The notes below the pieces were generated by a model. The model worked only from the letters and a program-made list of their open reading frames with translations. It was not told where the DNA came from and searched no databases. A stretch of 64,000 nucleotides of DNA from Octopus vulgaris (lineage: Eukaryota). Positions 26,601 through 40,843 of the stretch are shown here, piece after piece. The first letter of the stretch is position 1. The number at the start of each line of letters is the position of its first letter. The stretch is from the NCBI GenBank assembly GCA_951406725.2, contig OX597836.1:6448001-6512000 (forward strand), given 5' to 3'. Made by a program: the position numbers and the translations under genes.

Positions 26601-27155
26601 AGACTTATGTAATGATTTCCAATTCACAAAAATTAATGACAACAAATAAAGTATGCAAATATTTAATACACGGTAGAGTTATTTAGTATTTTATTGAATT
26701 TTGAAAAAAAATAAAACAAACGATATATGAATGAAGAGATGTGCGAGAAAAAAGGGAACATTTGATATCTAATGTTGATAACAAGATCTAAGACACTACT
26801 TTAGAGAAGTCCTTCGCAATAAGGCAAAACTGGCATCGGAGCGATCTGCTTCAGTGATTTCTTTTGTTTTTTGGGGTTTTTTTGGGGGTTTTTTTCAGGT
26901 GTAGACTCGTCTCTCCTTAAACTACGCTAAATGGGTGTGCACGTGTGTTTTCATAGGTGTATAAAATTCTGAGTGTGTGTGTGTGTATGTTTGAGTGTAT
27001 ATATTGTATATAGATGTATTCATTCGAAGCTGGTTATTCACTCCGGTGGAGGAATGAATCCTCAGCTACATGTAGTGAGTACATGTATAAGAATACTTAT
27101 TACGCCCGTTTATTTGTATACCCATACATACAGATATATATCATATAATTATAAG

Positions 27156-27327
27156 CGTGTGTATAAAATTATACACAAAGAGGAGAAACACTAAAAGGGA
27201 TGCTGAAAAGGGATGTCAAATCATCAAACCACGAGAGAAACAATCTTATTTATATTTTTCGTGGTTTGGGGATTTGACATCTCTTTCCGGCATGGTTCTC
27301 CTCTTTCAGTATAATTTTATACACACG
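27156..27327. repeat. Long imperfect hairpin downstream of the fasciclin stop codon
   Basis: CGTGTGTATAAAATTATAC...GATGTCAAATC..AAACCACGA versus TCGTGGTTT..GATTTGACATC...GTATAATTTTATACACACG. Confidence 0.85.
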
Positions 27328-27473
27328 TATATATTATAAAAATATTTGTGGTCGACGGACATTTCTTACCCACGCTGGCCACTGGTATACATTATTATTT
27401 TTAATAAATTTTACCATTTATATATATGTACATATATGTAGCGTGTGGTATATATGTATGGTATATATGTATG

Positions 27474-27531
<58 letters not shown>

Positions 27532-27777
27532 AATACATACATATATATATATATATACATATATATGTATGTATATATGTATGTGTATGTGTGTGTGCTG
27601 CGTATGTATATATGTAAATTTCATTGTATCTATCTGTCTGTCTATCTGTCTGTCTGTCTATCTGTCTGTCTGTGTGTCAGTCGATCAAACTCTGTTCGTG
27701 ACTACAAAAGGAAGCATGTGTGTATATGTGTTCATGTCTGTTCGTGCGTTTATATTTTTCTGCGATGTTGTTTTTGT

Positions 27778-27950
27778 TTAGAAGATGTTGTCGAAGGAGA
27801 AGAATCTGTGCCACCAGGAGTGTCGCTTCCTGACGCTGATTCTGTCGACGATGTGGACCACACCGTCGGTTGCCATGTTGTCGCAGGATATGATGTGTCC
27901 TCCGCGGAAACGGAAGCCGCTACCTTCCAGGCTGGAGCAGCAGACGGAAG
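27778..27950 (-). CDS. TGFBI/periostin-like fasciclin, last coding exon (end of FAS1-4, stop)
   Basis: caacag acceptor, phase 1. (T)SVCCSSLEG...CDNMATDGVVHIVDR...SFDNIF* contains the H2 motif. Confidence 0.92.
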
Positions 27951-28045
27951 CTGTTGGAGGAGAGAAATAGAGAGAGAGTGAGAGTGTGGTGAGTGAAGTT
28001 GGGTGTGTGTTTTTGTGAGAGGGAAAGTGAGCGAGGGAGTGTGTC

Positions 28046-28088
<43 letters not shown>

Positions 28089-28417
28089 GAGGTTGAGCGT
28101 ATGTGTGTATGTGTGCGTGTGTGTTTGTGTTGTGTGTTTAAGAATGAAAAACTGTGGAGAGATGAAAAGTAAAATTGGATTAAAGTCAAGAGAGAGAGGG
28201 AGAGAGTGAAAGAGAAGGAGAGAGGGAAGAGGAGATTAAAAGATAGAGAGAGGAGAGAAAGTGAAAGCGAGAAGGGGAAATTTAAAGAGTGAGGAGGAGA
28301 GTGAAAGAGAGGGAGGGAGAGACTGGAAGAGGGGAAGAGTGAGAGAGGGGTGAGAGATGGAGAGAGAGGGAGAGAGAGAGGGCAGAGAGAGGGGAGATAG
28401 AGGGAGAGAGAGAGGAG

Positions 28418-28466
<49 letters not shown>

Positions 28467-28667
28467 GATGTGTCACAAGACGCAAAAGGGAATCCTTAGA
28501 TTGTGAGTGCAATCAGCAACTTGTTCAAAGGGAAGTAATTCAAACAGTACTAATTTATTTTAATTGAGAGTAGTTTCCCTTGACGCTAGTAAACTATATT
28601 TCAAAGGAATTTTTTAAAAGGAATATAATCACATTACCGCTCTCCGCCCTCACTCTTTCTCTTTCTC

Positions 28668-28702
<35 letters not shown>

Positions 28703-28766
28703 ATCTCCTCTATATATATCTCTCTCTCCGCCCTCACACTTTCTCTCTCACTCTATCTCTCCGCCC

Positions 28767-28800
<34 letters not shown>

Positions 28801-29621
28801 CCCTCACACTTTCTCTCTTTCTCTCCCTCTCCCTCACACACACACACACCACATACACACGAACACGCGTACACATGCGCTGACAAACACTTATATAATT
28901 CGATATATACAGTATATAACGTGTATCTGTATGCATGTGTGTATATATCTTTGCATGTATACAAACATGCGTGTGTGTGTTTGTGTGTGTGTGTGTGTGT
29001 GTGATGTCTGTGGTGTGCATATATGTGTATGTACGTATGTGTGTATATATACATACATATGCTTGTGCGTATGTGTGTGTGTGTAATATTCGGAACATCG
29101 AGTTTCAGACACGGATGTTGTGGTGATTTTTATGGCGAACATATACACCTACATGAACACATTCATACACGCATGCACGCATATACATACATACATACAT
29201 ACATGCATACATACATACATACATACATACATACGTACAGACATACATACATACATACATACATGCATACATACATACATACATACAAACATACATACAT
29301 ACATACATACATACATACGTACAGACATACATACATACATACATACATACATGCATACATACATACATACATACATACATACATACATACATACATACGT
29401 ACAGACATACATACATTCATTCATACATACACACATACATTCATACATACACACATATATGCATGCATACATACATACATACATAATACACACACATACA
29501 CACACATATGTACGTACATGCATACATGCATGCATGCATACATTCATACATACACACATACATACATTCATTCAAATATACATACATACATTCATACATA
29601 AATGCGCGCATACATACATAC

Positions 29622-29652
<31 letters not shown>

Positions 29653-29755
29653 CATACATACATACATACATACATACATACATACCTAAACACATACACG
29701 CATGCATAGAGAGATAAGTCATGTCAGGCAATAGAGTTGAAGAAACGATACTTAC

Positions 29756-29834
29756 TGTCATATATATACGCCGACAGAATTGAAGGGTTGGACTCCACTT
29801 GTTCCCTTTGTCGAGCATTTAACTTGTTGAAAGC
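29756..29834 (-). CDS. Fasciclin exon (FAS1-4)
   Basis: ccag|AFNKLNARQREQVESNPSILSAYIYD|gtaagt, phase 0 to 1. Continues APTND-AF. Confidence 0.9.
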
Positions 29835-30330
29835 CTGGCAATGTAGAATTTTATTGTATTAATTACATGAAGGTACGTTAGAAACACCGTTGCACACACA
29901 CACACACACATACAAAACCGCTGTATTTAGTGGCCATCTAAGCAATGTGTTCGTGAATGATTAATGAGTTGGATACTGAGGAAGGAGTAATAATTCCTGA
30001 AATATGTATATACGCTCATTACCCATTTTAGTATCTTTGATTGCATTCTTTACATAGACATATTAATATACGAAATATTGGTTCTTCAGCACTGGGTCAA
30101 GCTTCTACAGAAAATCTATAAAGATACGAAGAGTTTCGGAGATAATTGGTTTTTGGCTTCATTACGTCAATAGCAGAAAATCGGAGACTTCTTTGATGCT
30201 ACGTCGTTTAGCGTTTGAATTGAATCATACGTTAAAACTTGAATTAAGCAACGCAAACCACCTGACTACCCATTCCCTGTCTCGCTCTTCTTTTGTACGT
30301 TTACGAACATTATAATCCTTGTTTACTTAC

Positions 30331-30480
30331 ATCATTGGTCGGGGCAAAGATAGTGAAAGCTTCGGTTTTGTTCTGGATTTGATTAATCAGACCAGTTTTG
30401 TTGAGAGCGTTGACAAATGTTGTCAGACGTGAGTCTTTTCTCAGGATGGTCATCACATCATTTTCAGGTGGAGTCAACAT
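30331..30480 (-). CDS. Fasciclin exon (FAS1-4 H1)
   Basis: ttcag|MLTPPENDV...FTIFAPTND|gtaagt, 150 nt. Confidence 0.95.
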
Positions 30481-30674
30481 CTGAAAATGAGAGGAGTAAT
30501 TATTTTTGACATGAAACCATGTGACACTACAAAAAATATAGATGGACCGAGGGAGAGAGGGAGAGAAAGAGACTGAGAGGGAGAGAGAGAGAGAGAATGA
30601 GACAGACACACAGACAGATAGAGACAGAGACAGAGGAACAGAAAGGAAACTGGAGAGGGAGAAAGAGACAAATG

Positions 30675-30788
<114 letters not shown>

Positions 30789-30928
30789 CAGATAGATAGA
30801 TAGATAGATATATAGATAGATAGGGGAGAGAGAGTGAGGAGGAAATAATCGAAGAGGGAGGGAAAGAGAGTGATAAACAGATAGAGAGAGGGAGAATCAG
30901 AGACAGAGGATAGAGCATGTTTGTTTGC

Positions 30929-31117
<189 letters not shown>

Positions 31118-31327
31118 AGGGAGTGACAGTCAGAGAGAGAGAGAGAGAGAGAGAGAAACAGACAGCCAGACAGACAAAGAGGGAGCGAGACAGACAGACA
31201 GACAGAAAGTGAGGGAGGAGAGAGACAGACAAAGCAACAGAGAAATAGATTCATAGTTATGAACGAGGCAAAGTAAGAAAGCCGTGAAGAGAGAAATGAA
31301 ACAAAACTTGGTCTGAACAGCATTTAC

Positions 31328-31426
31328 CTTTTCAATTAGATAAACGATTCCATTGCATGTTCGGATTGGACCGGTCAAAGTTCTGACGCACTGCACAGTG
31401 TGAGTCCATTTGGTATTGAAGGAAAA
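31328..31426 (-). CDS. Fasciclin exon (FAS1-3 H2)
   Basis: ccag|FSFNTKWTHTVQCVR...CNGIVYLIEK|gtaaat, 99 nt. Confidence 0.92.
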
Positions 31427-31953
31427 CTGGTGTAGAAATATAAACGACCAATATATATATATATATAATGCAATATTAGCGCCAAGCAGTGTTTAGGTAT
31501 AAGCAAAATTTACGTTAGTTAAAATATGCTTGACATATTTCAACTGTTAAAAGGCATATCTACTGCAGCTATGTTAGGAAAGATATTTCTCTGGTGGTAA
31601 AAACCTGTGAAAACACCCTATTTGTTCAGTGTCGCCATCTGCCAGGATTCCCAGACATCGATATTGCAAGCTAGTTGGCTTTTATCAATGAGAAATACTC
31701 AAGAGGGGCAACTCTAAATAAATCTTAAGAAACAATAGCTTAATGTAAAATACAGTCAACAGCATTGATTGATTTGCGCTGGAAGATCGCCCGATCTCAA
31801 CTGGTTCTTAATTTATCGACCCAGAAAGGATGAAAGGCAAAGTAAACCTCGGTGTAATTTGAACGCAAAACGTAACAACAGACGAAATACCTCTAAGCAT
31901 TTTGCCCGGCGCGCTAACGATTCTGCCAGCTCACCACCTAAATAATAGCAATG

Positions 31954-32099
<146 letters not shown>

Positions 32100-32499
32100 C
32101 CTTTCTACTATAGACACAATGCCTGAAACTTGGGAAAAGGAATTAGTCAATTACATTAACCCAAGTATGTATGTAATTGGTACTTAATTTATCGACCCAG
32201 AAAGGATGAAAGGCAAAGTCGAACTCTGTGTAATTTGAACTCAGAACGTAGCGGCAGACGAAATACCTATTTCTTTACTAACCACAAGGGGCTAAACACA
32301 GAAAGGACAAACAACGACAGACAAACGGATTAAGTCGATTATATCGACCCCAGTGCATAACTGGTACTTATTTAATTGACCCCGAAAGGATGAAAGGCGA
32401 AGTCGACCTCGGCGGAATTTGAACTCAGTACGTAGCGGCAGACGAAATACCGCTAAGCATTATAGCCCGGCGTGCTAACGATTCTGCCAGCCCGCCACC

Positions 32500-32575
<76 letters not shown>

Positions 32576-32595
32576 TGATTCGCGAATTAACTCAC

Positions 32596-32769
32596 CCTGA
32601 CGTATTCATTGATGCGAAGTTTTTTGCCATCGTTGTTCAGTGTGTCTAACTCCATGTTGTTGTACATTCTCGACCAGCTGTGGACACCTTTCGCAAAGTG
32701 GTACTTCAAAATTTCCATCAAAGCTTCGTTATTTTTCACGTCGGCATTTTTGTACAGGGCATCCACTAC
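32596..32769 (-). CDS. Fasciclin exon (FAS1-3 YH motif)
   Basis: ctcag|VVDALYKN...EILKYHF...KKLRINEYVR|gtgagt, 174 nt. Confidence 0.93.
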
Positions 32770-33235
32770 CTGAGAATAGAATTAAGGGTTGTTGAAACAG
32801 GGTCCAAGATCTCTAAGAAAGTAACAAAATATTAGCGACGTCACCGCCAAAATCTTAACAGATGAAAAGGTATGAACATATAAGACATTGAAGGCATCTT
32901 TCTCTCTCTCTCTCTCCCCTCTCCCTCTCTTTATATATATGTATATGCACACATAATATACATACATATATACATATATATATGCATATATATACGTATG
33001 CATATTGATACGTACATACATGCATACATATATATGTGTGCGTATATGTATATATACATATTGTATATACATACATATATTAGTATATTCAGACATACAA
33101 CTATATATATATACGTACGTATGTACACACACACACACGCACACATACATTTATATACAAGGATAAATGAATATTAAATTCATAGATAAACGGCTTACAC
33201 ACACACACATGTGTGTATGTATGCATGCATGTATG

Positions 33236-33291
<56 letters not shown>

Positions 33292-33309
33292 TTGGTCTTT
33301 TCTACTTAC

Positions 33310-33446
33310 CTTCATTGCTTCATTAGTTGGTAGGTAAACTGTTATATTCTTGAGTTGCGAGAAATATTTCGTTAATTCTTTGTCGCGAAACAGGTTTGCG
33401 AAGATATCGGCGTTCTTACTTTTGGCAATGTCCAGGAAATTCTTGG
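33310..33446 (-). CDS. Fasciclin exon (FAS1-3 H1)
   Basis: aacag|(A)KNFLDIAK...ITVYLPTNEAMK|gtaagt. Confidence 0.93.
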
Positions 33447-33859
33447 CTGTTGGAACAAAGAAAAAAAAAAGGAACATTGTCTTAGTTACTTCATATTATT
33501 TAAGTTGTAGTTATTAGTGTGTTGTCATTGCTGATGTTGCGGTCGATTCTCTGATGCCTACGTTTAGCTTGGTTTAATATTGTTCAACAGGTACAGGCGT
33601 GGTTATATGGAGGGAAGCTTTCTTCCCAACCACGTGGTTCTGAATTCAGTCCCATTGCTTGACACCAAGGGCAAGTGAGTTCTACTATATCCTCCGGCCG
33701 ACCACAGCCTTATAAGTGGGTTCCGTAAACGGAAACTGAAGGAAGCCCGTCGTATATATATATATATATATATATATTTTATGTATGTATGTATATCTAT
33801 CAATCTGTATTATATATATATATATATATATATACATACATATATATACATATATACAT

Positions 33860-33894
<35 letters not shown>

Positions 33895-34140
33895 CATACA
33901 TACACATATATACATATACATACACATATATATACACATATAAGAGTGTGTATGTGTGTGTGCATATGTTTTTCTGTCTTCGTATCCGATATACATGTGT
34001 GTGTATGTGTGTGTATGTGTGCGTATGCGTGTATACATATGTAGTTCGAATTTACAATAAATAAAACAAACAAAAGACAAAGACGGGTGTATTAGTATAT
34101 TAGTATAATACAGATGTATTAGTATAACGCTCGGGAAAGT

Positions 34141-34177
34141 CTTTTACGTTTCGAGCTTACGCTCTTCAATAGAAAAG
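34141..34177 (-). ncRNA. Degenerate hammerhead-like motif (Penelope-type repeat)
   Basis: CTTTT-CTATTGA-A-GAGC/GTAA/GCTC-GAAA-CGTA-AAAG. Confidence 0.45.
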
Positions 34178-34533
34178 AACACCGAAATAAAAAAGGTTTA
34201 GAGGCTGTGGGGTGGGGATTCTTTTCTACTCTGGGCACAAAGCTCGAAATTTTGGGGGAGGGGCGCCATTCGATTAGATCGACCCCAGTACGCAACTGAT
34301 ATTTACTTTATCGACCCCGAAAGGATGAAAGGCAAAGTCGACCTCGGCGGAATTTGAACCCAGAACATGAAGACGGGCGAAATACCGCTAAGCATTTCGC
34401 CCGGCGTGCTAACGTTTCTGCCAGCTCGCCGCCTTGTGGGAATCAATTAATATGACCGTGCTGGCCTCGTTTTGTTAGGAGCTCAATTTTCATTCATAAA
34501 AAAAAGAGATGATTAGAGATTAGTAGGACTTAC

Positions 34534-34746
34534 CACTCTCTGGAACTAAGACTTCATCAATAATATGGATAACACCGTTGGTAGTAAGAACATCGCGGAC
34601 AACCATCTGAGCATTGTTAACAAACAGTTTTCCGGCTTCGTCTCTGCTCAGCTGCAAATGTTCTTTAAGAATGTTTGGCGTACGGACGTTTCCTACGATT
34701 GGTGCCGTACAAATGACGTTTCCTAAAATATGGTTCTTGATAATAA
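34534..34746 (-). CDS. Fasciclin exon (FAS1-2 H2)
   Basis: ccag|(V)IIKNHILGNVIC...DVLTTNGVIHIIDEVLVPES|gtaagt. Confidence 0.96.
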
Positions 34747-35020
34747 CTGGAATATAGAAAGCAAAAGAATAAGGTTTTAAAACCTGGAAGCCAAGAAAAG
34801 TGGAGAGTTTCTGGGTGGACAAGGAATAATATAAAGTACGGTCGGGGTAGGGATTGGAGTTAAAGATCAAATGTAACATACAGAATGGGGGTAGTTTTGA
34901 TGCAACGGTTTCTTCCCCTTTTGGGACACTTCATGCAATATATTCATTCATACACACACATACACACGCACACATACACACACACACACGTACATACATA
35001 CAAAAGCACATGCACACATT

Positions 35021-35051
<31 letters not shown>

Positions 35052-35183
35052 CTGTGTGTATGTATGTATGTATGTATGTATCCTTAAATCCTTAAAAATG
35101 TTTTAGCCTGAAGGCTGCGGCCATGCTGGGGCACCACCGCTGGTATATATAACTTATTTTATTATACCCGTAAAGGTCAATGC

Positions 35184-35272
<89 letters not shown>

Positions 35273-35311
35273 CATACATAATGTCGTGCGATGTGTGTAA
35301 GGCCTACTCAC

Positions 35312-35452
35312 CATTCGCACAGTCGTCTCCTCCTTGCAGCAGTTTCTTGTAAAGTCGCTTCTCAAGTCTTGAGAAAGCCGAATTAGTTGGTGCGAAAACA
35401 GTCATATGTCCATCGTTGTCTAGCATGGTAGACAAACCAGCTTTTTCGATGA
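35312..35452 (-). CDS. Fasciclin exon (FAS1-2 H1)
   Basis: ttcag|(V)IEKAGL...MTVFAPTNSAF...GDDCAN|gtgagt. Confidence 0.95.
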
Positions 35453-35511
35453 CTGAAATAACAACAACAACAATAATAATAATAATAATGATAATAATAA
35501 TAATGATGATG

Positions 35512-35609
<98 letters not shown>

Positions 35610-35614
35610 TTTGG

Positions 35615-35990
35615 TATAAAAGATGGGCTACAGCAAATATTCTGCTCAATACCACAGATTTTCTGGTCAGTTGTTTGACTTTAACTAGTTTAGTGATCGC
35701 GAGCAGAAGTAGTGGGGGAGCATCAAAGCTGTGTGTTGAAAGGAATTCTTGGAGGTTTGGATAATTCACCTTTGGCAACATGGGTGTTTCGTTCAACATC
35801 CTTAAACAATCCTTATTCAGGGACCTTTTGAACCGGATGGGCTACTCGACCAGAAGAAAATTCTAACAGGGCCCCACCTGTAAGGTCATATGCTGTTTAT
35901 CATAATATGAGATCATTATGTCGTGCACATATAGTTGTGATGCATGTGTGCCTGGTTTACCCTTATCGGAAGGGTAGTCATAAGGGGTAG
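35615..35990. repeat. (TAA)n-associated dispersed repeat
   Basis: Resembles the reverse complement of ~58393-58700. Family not identified. Confidence 0.55.
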
Positions 35991-36886
35991 AAAAATTTGC
36001 CGTCAAATTTTTCTGCTCTTAAAAGGATTTTATCCTTTATATAAACTGTTCAGTATTTACGTGTTGAAAAATATATCTTTCTTCTTGTTCTACAATATAT
36101 TTCAACGCTTCAAAAACAAGCTTATATTTGTTAACATTTGACGTAATCTATTTTATTTATAAATTCCCAACTTTAAGACATAGTTTTTAAAAGACATGCA
36201 TACAAAAATCTGGTGGTAATATTTTATTTTCTACAGGAACTGCAACATAATTATTTCGTTTGATCCCCAGTGTGGCACCAAGTAAAATAAAATAAAAAAA
36301 AGTCTGATATACACTGTTTAAAGTGTACACAAGGTGATGTTTAAGGGTAAACTTCTGTTGCATGATAAATCATATATTATCTATGATAAAAATGTATATT
36401 ATGTGGTTTGAACTCTGAAAGAGTCAACTTTCAAAACGCATGGTCAGTAAATTAAAAGGCACCACAGTATCGCAACGGTCAAAACTGATGCCAACTAGGT
36501 TTGTCTGAGAAATATTATATCCCTCCAAACAAGTCGGTAATACATTGAATAAAATAATCAAAGATGACTTCAAAATTCAGTCATGGAAGTATATTTTTCT
36601 TCTGTTACAAAGTGAACTAGTTGAACAAGAATTCTTACAACAAGAATTCCGAGACTATAATTCTATCATACAGTCTTTCTTTGTAGAGACACCCCTTATT
36701 TGAAAACTATGTCTCGATCTAGCTCGACGAACAATATCTCGACCTAGCTAAGAACCATACTACCCTATCAGATATTCTGCGATAAATCCTGTGATAAATC
36801 TCATTGAGTGTCCACTTGAATTCTATGTATTTATTTTTTAGATTTGAAGAGAGAATATAAAACAATAGAACAAGTTCGAGGCTCAC

Positions 36887-37037
36887 CTTTACTGAAGTCG
36901 CTCAGATCTGGGTTAGTCTTGATGTATTCCAACAGCGTGTCTGTTACGGGTTCCAACAGTTTCTCGACTATGTGCACCACACCGTGCTTTGTCTGGTGAT
37001 CAGCAGATTTCACTCGGACACAGTTGGCTGTCACCAC
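36887..37037 (-). CDS. Fasciclin exon (FAS1-1 H2)
   Basis: ttcag|VVTANCVRV...HGVVHIVEKLLEP...LSDFSK|gtgagc. Confidence 0.95.
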
Positions 37038-37130
37038 CTGAAATTGAGAGTCGAATGTATGTATGTATGTATGTATGTATGTATGTATGTATGTATGTAT
37101 GTATGTATGTATCTATCTATCTGTTTATCA

Positions 37131-37185
<55 letters not shown>

Positions 37186-38598
37186 AATGATTTTTTGGTG
37201 GTGGGGTCAGTCGATTAGATCGACCCCAGTACGCAACTAATACTAAACGTATCGACCCCGAAAGGATGAAAGGAAAAGTAACCTCTTCAGAACTTAAAGG
37301 CTAAGCATTTTGCCCGGCGTACTAACGTTTCTGACAGCTCGCCGCCTTAATTAAGTGCAATATTAACGTAAATGTAGAGCGTCCTCTGTATTCTTTCAAC
37401 TGAAACAAAATGACACGATACTAATATAAGGGAGATAAATTTTTAAAAGATCCAAGGGAGATAATTGTATTTTCTTCCTCGGACGCCTTTTGAATTTTAC
37501 GAGGAGAAAATATATTGTAGTTTTATATATTTTACAGTTTATCTTATATATTTTCCTTTTTTAGTCATTAGACTGCGGCCATGCTGAAGCAGTGTCTTGA
37601 GGAATTTTAGTCGAACGAAACGACACCAGTGTTTATTTTTCTTTTTAAAGCGTGGTACTTACTCTATCGGTGTCTTTTGCCGAACCACTACTTAACAGGG
37701 GGCATAAATACACCAATACCCGTCGTGAATTACTGGTGGACAACAAAACACACTCAAAGATACACACACACACATACACACATACACACACACATACATA
37801 CATACATACATACACACATACACACATACACACATACATACATACATACATACATACATACATACACACTCACACACAAACGCACATACATACATACATA
37901 CATACATACATACATACATACATACATACATACATACATACATACATACATAGACAAAGAACATGCTGTCTTCACTTCAGCTCAGAAACACTGAGATAAA
38001 ATTATACTAATGTGTCCATCTGTTTTAATTTAATTTTAATTCTATTTATTTATGGAGTTAAGGATTGCTCTGCATTTAAGTTGATGCATTTAGGTTGCAT
38101 TGTTCAATTAAATGGAGTCGCTTGAAACGATCGTATCCTCTCTCTTTTGAAAACGATACTTTTTTTTGTTGTTGTAGTTGTTCTTTTTTTGCTTTTTTTT
38201 GTTTTGTTTTGTTTTTGCTTATTTTGTTTGTTTGTTTTATTTTTGCTTATACCTATTTCTTTACTACCCACAAGGGGCTAAACACAGAAGGGACAAACAA
38301 GGACAGACAAAGGGATTAAGTCGATTATATCGACCCCAGTGCGTAACTGGTACTTATTTAATCGACCCCGAAAGGATGAATGGCACAGTCGACCTCGGCG
38401 GAATTTGAACTCAGAACGTAGCGGCAGACGAAATACGGCAAAGCATTTTACCTGGCTTGCTAACGATTCTGCCAGCTAGTCGCCTTATTATTATTTTTTT
38501 TTGTTTTTTTTTGCTTATGCCTTACTCGTGTCGGATGGCAGTTCTGGTGACTGGTCCCAGGTAAACCAAATATATAAGGTATAAGGCGTGATAATTAC

Positions 38599-38796
38599 CT
38601 TTGATGGATTGTAATAGGTGTTAACACGAATGGTAGACTTGAGTGGACTGGCAGTGGTGATGACGTCATCGTTGCTCATCATGTTGGTCTTCACCAAACC
38701 GGGTACGACGTGGTACAGCAGGGTGTCGGTGATGTCTTCCATATTCTTGTCAGCGTGAGACTTGGAAAAGATTATGACGTTCTTCAACAGCATCTC
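38599..38796 (-). CDS. Fasciclin exon (FAS1-1 YH motif)
   Basis: tctag|EMLLKNV...LLYHVVPG...IRVNTYYNPSK|gtaatt. Confidence 0.95.
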
Positions 38797-39260
38797 CTAG
38801 AAATAGATAACAACGTGGATGAATTAGATGTAAGGAGAATGTGAGAGAGAGAGAGAGAGAGAGAAGGAGGGAGGGAGAAAATATATATAGAGAGGGAACG
38901 TAAACAATGCAACCCCACCTATATATATATATATGCATATATTCTGTTATACCTTTACTTGCTTCAGTCATGTGACTGCGGCCATGCTGGAGCACCACCT
39001 TTAGTCGAAAAAATCGACCCCATGACTTATTCTTTGTAAGCCTAGCACTAATTCTATCGTTTTTTTTTTTGCCGAACCGCTAAGTTACGGGGACATAAAC
39101 GCACCAACATCGCTTCCCAAGCGATTGTCGGGTGACAAACACAGATGCACGCACACACACACACACACACACACGGGTTGGGGATGCAAATCCTCTCATT
39201 CACGTACGACATAATGCGGCAGCAGCATAGAATTGAAGCGTCCATCTCTTTCTTCTCTCA

Positions 39261-39317
<57 letters not shown>

Positions 39318-39504
39318 CGACAGGCTTATTTCAGTTTCCGTCTAGCAAGTCCACTCACAAGGCTTTGGTCGGCCCGAGGCTATAGTGAAAAACACCTGCC
39401 TTATGTGCTACAGAGCAGGAATGAACCAGGAACCATGTGGTTGGGAAGCAAGCTTCTTACCACACATCCACGCCTGCATTTGCCCATCTCTTGGTCTTTC
39501 CTTT

Positions 39505-39540
39505 GTTTCTGAAGAAGAGGCTCTACTCGAAATGTTAAAG
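39505..39540 (+). ncRNA. Minimal hammerhead ribozyme motif
   Basis: TTT-CTGAAGA-A-GAG/GCTCTA/CTC-GAAA-TGTT-AAA, canonical CUGANGA and GAAA core. Confidence 0.55.
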
Positions 39541-39594
39541 CATCTTTCTTTCCTTCTCTGAGCGTCATTTTGTGTTTGTTCTTCTTGGGGGGAA

Positions 39595-39632
<38 letters not shown>

Positions 39633-39841
39633 CCGGCTTCTTCCAGTTTCCCACTACCAAATCCATTCACAGGGCTTTGGTCGGCCAAAGTGCCACGCAG
39701 AGGGTTTGAACTCCAAACCAAATTTTCCCCGTACTGCCATGCCTCGAAAATATTTAAACTACAAAAAAAAAATACCAAATAAATAAATAAATAAATAAAT
39801 AAACAAAATACAAAATACAAAGGAAGGCAAATAATTCCTAC

Positions 39842-40029
39842 ATTTTGGATTTTCACTTTAGGGGGTGGAACCGGTTTCCCGTTTATTTGGAAGCCACTGT
39901 TGAGAGGAGCAAACATGGTGACGTTCTCGTTTTGGAAATCATCTTCCAGTCCCATGGTCTGCAAAGCGTGCAGGAAATTGGTCAAGTTGTTTTCTTTGAG
40001 GAATGTAAAAGTGTCGACTAATTTCACAG
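39842..40029 (-). CDS. Fasciclin exon (FAS1-1 H1)
   Basis: tgcag|(A)VKLVDTF...NVTMFAPLNSGF...KIQN|gtagga. Confidence 0.92.
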
Positions 40030-40124
40030 CTGCAAACAAAGAGAGAGAGAAATGCTAGGTTATCACACTGCCAATAAATACCTATCTGTCTATCTATCTT
40101 TCTGTCTTTCTGTCTGCCTGTCTG

Positions 40125-40200
<76 letters not shown>

Positions 40201-40203
40201 ACA

Positions 40204-40243
<40 letters not shown>

Positions 40244-40260
40244 GTCTGCCTGTCAATATG

Positions 40261-40332
<72 letters not shown>

Positions 40333-40489
40333 CAGTCTGTCTGTCTGTCTGTCTGTATGTATGTATGTATGTATGTGTGTATATATGCCTGTTTGTCTCT
40401 CTGTCTATCTATCTATCTATATATATATATATCTATCTATATATCTATCTATCTGTATGTATGTATGTATGTATGTATGTATGTGTGTA

Positions 40490-40559
<70 letters not shown>

Positions 40560-40675
40560 CCAATCTGTCTGTCAATCTATCTATCTAACTGTCTGTCTGT
40601 CTGTCTATCTATAATAATAATAATAACATCGAAAAATACCTTAAGAATGAGAACCCAGGTTCGAAAATTCTCCAA

Positions 40676-40721
40676 GACACCTGATGAAGGCTGGAGAGTA
40701 TATCAGCCGAAATATTGTGTT
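40676..40721 (+). ncRNA. Type I minimal hammerhead ribozyme (Penelope-type)
   Basis: GACAC-CTGATGA-A-GGCTG/GAGAGTATAT/CAGCC-GAAA-TATT-GTGTT, with palindromic AATATT at stem III. Confidence 0.75.
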
Positions 40722-40776
40722 AACAACAAACAAGATGAGGACAAATGTCCGTCAAATGTAAATAATGTATATATAT

Positions 40777-40843
<67 letters not shown>

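Noticed and set aside
29105-29148. Possible extra phase-1 exon (VYVRHKNHHNIRV*)
   Set aside because: It would truncate FAS1-4 before H2, while 29756 joins cleanly to 27950.
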